Shown piece after piece: positions 63,299 through 64,000 of a DNA stretch of 64,000 nt (positions are counted from its first letter, which is position 1; every line of letters starts with the position of its first letter). Location: contig NC_134478.1 in the NCBI RefSeq assembly GCF_964194025.1, forward strand, positions 45,942,001 to 46,006,000. The letters run 5' to 3'. Both the position numbers and the translations under genes were made by a program. Under the pieces are notes generated by a model. It ran no database searches. It had not been told where the DNA came from and saw only the letters and a program-made list of their open reading frames with translations. Origin of the DNA: Convolutriloba macropyga. Lineage: Eukaryota.

Positions 63299-64000
63299 CT
63301 CTAAGATCAAATTTTCAATCTGGGCTCTCTGTCTCGAGATTTTAGTGACCCATGAAATCATTCCATGGTTTCTCTACTAAACCGAACTTCTAATGACACC
63401 ATTCCAATTACGCAATTCTCATTTCTGTCTTTTCCACCTAGTTCTTCTGTCCTCTAATTTGTATGGAAGTGTGAGACTCGATTTAGCACAGAAACTATAT
63501 TTCATGAGAAAAATATTTCTAATTAAACTGCCTATCCAAACTTCAATTAGTGCATTTATCTGTTTATCTTTGTACAGCAAAACCATGAAAACTGTGTTCA
63601 TTAGTCTTGTTAATTTCATAATGAGGGCCTCTAATTGATGTATACCAAAAACTTTTACAATAACTGAGATACACTTTTTGATCTGGAAACGAAGTTTATG
63701 GGTGGCATATTTTTAAGGTATAACAGAATTTATGTTTGTTGGTTTAGAAGTAGATGTTATTTCATCCCAAGTTTTGGTCTAAAATTATCAAACGACTGAC
63801 TGTGCTAGACCCAAACTAACCAGGAAACGACTTTAGCTTGATTTCATCGCCATCTTGTTTTTAGATTGACCCAATTTTTAGCTGACGGACTTTACCTCGG
63901 TGCAGTTCAGTTTGACCCAAATTTGATGCTTAACTATTACTCAATCCAAATTTGAAGCTCGAGTTTATTTTGACCCAAAAAATGAGTCGGGAAAAGTCCT

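Overview
Repeat-rich, AT-rich eukaryotic (invertebrate-like metazoan) genomic window with two short N gaps. Two host genes are recognisable. One is an intact, intronless animal-type coproporphyrinogen III oxidase (CPOX, 16879-17982, +). The other is a spliced P-loop sulfotransferase-like gene (three 3' exons at 21643-22747, -), whose reading frame requires at least one GC-AG intron and probably two. The rest is mostly transposon-derived. There is a MITE cluster and several hairpins (0.3-9.2 kb), and a degenerate CR1/L2-type LINE (about 3.1-7.7 kb) laid out as SGNH-esterase ORF, then PHD ORF1, then APE-RT. In that LINE, ORF2 continues in frame from ORF1 across a single TGA-CTA (a read-through-type context) with no AUG of its own. 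There is also a Gypsy integrase relic and three BEL/Pao LTR retrotransposons, all on the minus strand. BEL-1 (32530-40485) carries a nested 1.8 kb TG..CA insert filled with a G-rich minisatellite, and its 3' half plus flank has been tandemly duplicated (28205-31940). BEL-3 (52829-62375; 158 bp LTRs, AGAGA TSD) has a 2.8 kb leader with two different tandem arrays that share a ~174-175 bp period. All calls come from reading the sequence by eye; no searches were run.
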